Shown piece by piece: positions 63,127 through 64,000 of a stretch of 64,000 nucleotides of DNA. A model generated the notes under the pieces. It did not search any database. It had not been told where the DNA came from and saw only the letters and a list, made by a program, of their open reading frames with translations. Numbering within the stretch: position 1 is the first letter of the stretch; every line of letters starts with the position of its first letter. A program made the position numbers and the translations under genes. The DNA is from a bacterium (lineage in GTDB: Bacteria > Desulfobacterota > DSWW01): assembly GCA_040756235.1 (NCBI GenBank), contig JBFLZG010000122.1:1-64000 (forward strand), written 5' to 3'.

Positions 63127-64000
63127 CTAGTGTGGTGTCCCGATGACGGCTTTACAATGAGCGATCTTTTCCAGAATGGCGTCCACTTTTTTCGTCCAGA
63201 CGAAGGGCTTGGGGTTCTCGTTGTTAACGCGGATGAAATCCTCGATCGCCGCGACCGGTTCGGGAACGCTGCGGAAGACGCCCCGACGGATGCGCTTTCG
63301 CGTGATCTCCCCGAACCACCTCTCCACCAGGTTCAGCCACGACGAGCTGGTCGGCGTAAAATGAAGATGATACCGAGGGTGTTTCTCCAGCCACGCTTTG
63401 ACGTTGGGGTGGTTGTGCGTGCCGTAGTTGTCGAGGATCATGTGAATGTCCAAACCCGCAGGCACGGAGCGGTCAATCTGCCGCAGGAACTTGCGAAACT
63501 CGATGTTCCGATGCCGAGGGTAGCAGGAGCCGATGACTTTGCCTTCGAGCACGTTGAGCGCCGCGAACAGACAGGTGGTGCCGTTGCGCTTGTAGTCGTG
63601 GGTCATGGTGCCGCAACGACCCTTCTTCATCGGCAGTCCCGGCTGCGTGCGGTCCAGTGCCTGCACCTGCGATTTCTCGTCCACGCAGAGCACGACGGCC
63701 TTGTCGGGCGGATTGAGATAGACGCCCACCACGTCGGTCAGCTTCTCAACGAAGCGCTTGTCCTTGGAGAGTTTGAAGGTTTCCACCCGATGCGGCTGCA
63801 GACCGTGCGCGTCCCAGATTCGCTGCACCGTGGATTTGCTCACGCTCTGGGCTTTGGCCATCGAACGGACGGACCATTGCGTCGCGTCCGGCGGGGTGGT
63901 CTGCAACGTCGCTTCCACGATCATCTTCACGCGGTCCAACGGCAAAGCCCGCGGGCTCGGGCCGTGGGGGGCATCTTCGGACAGACCTGTCGGCCCATCC
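63127..64000 (-). CDS. IS630-family (Tc1/mariner-type) DDE transposase. 5' end of gene runs off the window
   Basis: HNHPNVKAWLEKHPRYHLHFTPTSSSWLNLVERWFGEITRKRIRRGVF is the IS630 C-terminal DDE region (D...D...E with NLVE). The reading frame stays open to position 64000. Confidence 0.8.
   Translation of the reverse strand, partial: DGPTGLSEDAPHGPSPRALPLDRVKMIVEATLQTTPPDATQWSVRSMAKAQSVSKSTVQRIWDAHGLQPHRVETFKLSKDKRFVEKLTDVVGVYLNPPDKAVVLCVDEKSQVQALDRTQPGLPMKKGRCGTMTHDYKRNGTTCLFAALNVLEGKVIGSCYPRHRNIEFRKFLRQIDRSVPAGLDIHMILDNYGTHNHPNVKAWLEKHPRYHLHFTPTSSSWLNLVERWFGEITRKRIRRGVFRSVPEPVAAIEDFIRVNNENPKPFVWTKKVDAILEKIAHCKAVIGTPH

Noticed and set aside
1-64000. Searched for tRNA, rRNA, CRISPR arrays and integrase genes
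   Set aside because: I saw no cloverleaf-compatible 70-90-nt segments in the intergenic regions I inspected, no rRNA-like stretches, no short direct repeat/spacer arrays, and no tyrosine or serine recombinase signatures. I cannot run tRNAscan, so short structured RNAs, especially in the 12215-12885 spacer, cannot be excluded.

Overview
This is a 64-kb, high-GC segment that looks like a Gram-negative bacterial chromosome. It carries many lipoproteins, the narGHJI operon and a Tat-signal superoxide dismutase. Coordinates below are 1-based.

Genes and features in order:
- 100-395: one copy of a ~200-bp repeat element.
- 517-7211: housekeeping and membrane genes. These are a CorC/HlyC-type transporter, a SAM methyltransferase, a U32 peptidase, an orphan ParA-like ATPase and an ArsB/NhaD-type permease.
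- 8444-12214: a PspA/IM30, NfeD-like (YqiJ) and flotillin (YqiK) membrane-stress cluster.
- 12215-14055: a degenerate patch with an excisionase-family HTH gene and a truncated aldo/keto reductase remnant.
- 14056-16263: a BatD-like exported protein and a small membrane protein.
- 16580-23239, minus strand: an arginine succinyltransferase (AST) pathway cluster in the order astC-like, astA, astD, astB. An M20 hydrolase sits where astE would be expected.
- 24145-26262: an SrkA/RdoA stress kinase plus glycine-zipper and Slp lipoproteins.
- 26365-30557: a large lipoprotein hydrolase, a class I glutamine amidotransferase and a DUF924 gene.
- 30824-36638: a signalling cluster. A 1069-aa sensor has 8 PAS domains, six of them near-identical 351-bp tandem units. 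It is translationally coupled to a separate histidine kinase, followed by a CheY-like receiver and a receiver-HisKA_3 hybrid kinase.
- 36914-38632: an alkaline-phosphatase-superfamily lipoprotein.
- 39058-47412: respiratory nitrate reductase narGHJI followed by an NarK-type transporter. A 160-bp tandem duplication sits at the narJ/narI junction.
- 47589-48302: a Tat-exported Fe/Mn SOD.

The last ~15 kb (48586-64000) is a mobile or accessory island:
- an IS4-family insertion sequence (48586-50997);
- a low-GC patch with a degraded partial copy of an AAA ATPase gene;
- a co-directional 12-gene block on the plus strand, described below;
- an IS630-family transposase at the window edge.

The co-directional block runs Ycf46-like AAA+ ATPase, DUF1257, DUF2997, a small Cys-rich protein, a 305-aa unknown, a Cas4-like PD-(D/E)XK nuclease, a possible single-strand annealing protein, a DUF433/DUF5615 toxin-antitoxin pair whose toxin is frameshifted, and 222-aa and 987-aa orphans. 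This AAA-DUF1257-DUF2997 module, sitting inside the IS-bounded island, is the best candidate for an undescribed system.

At least four families of REP/MITE-like intergenic repeats are scattered through the window. I found no rRNA, tRNA or CRISPR array.
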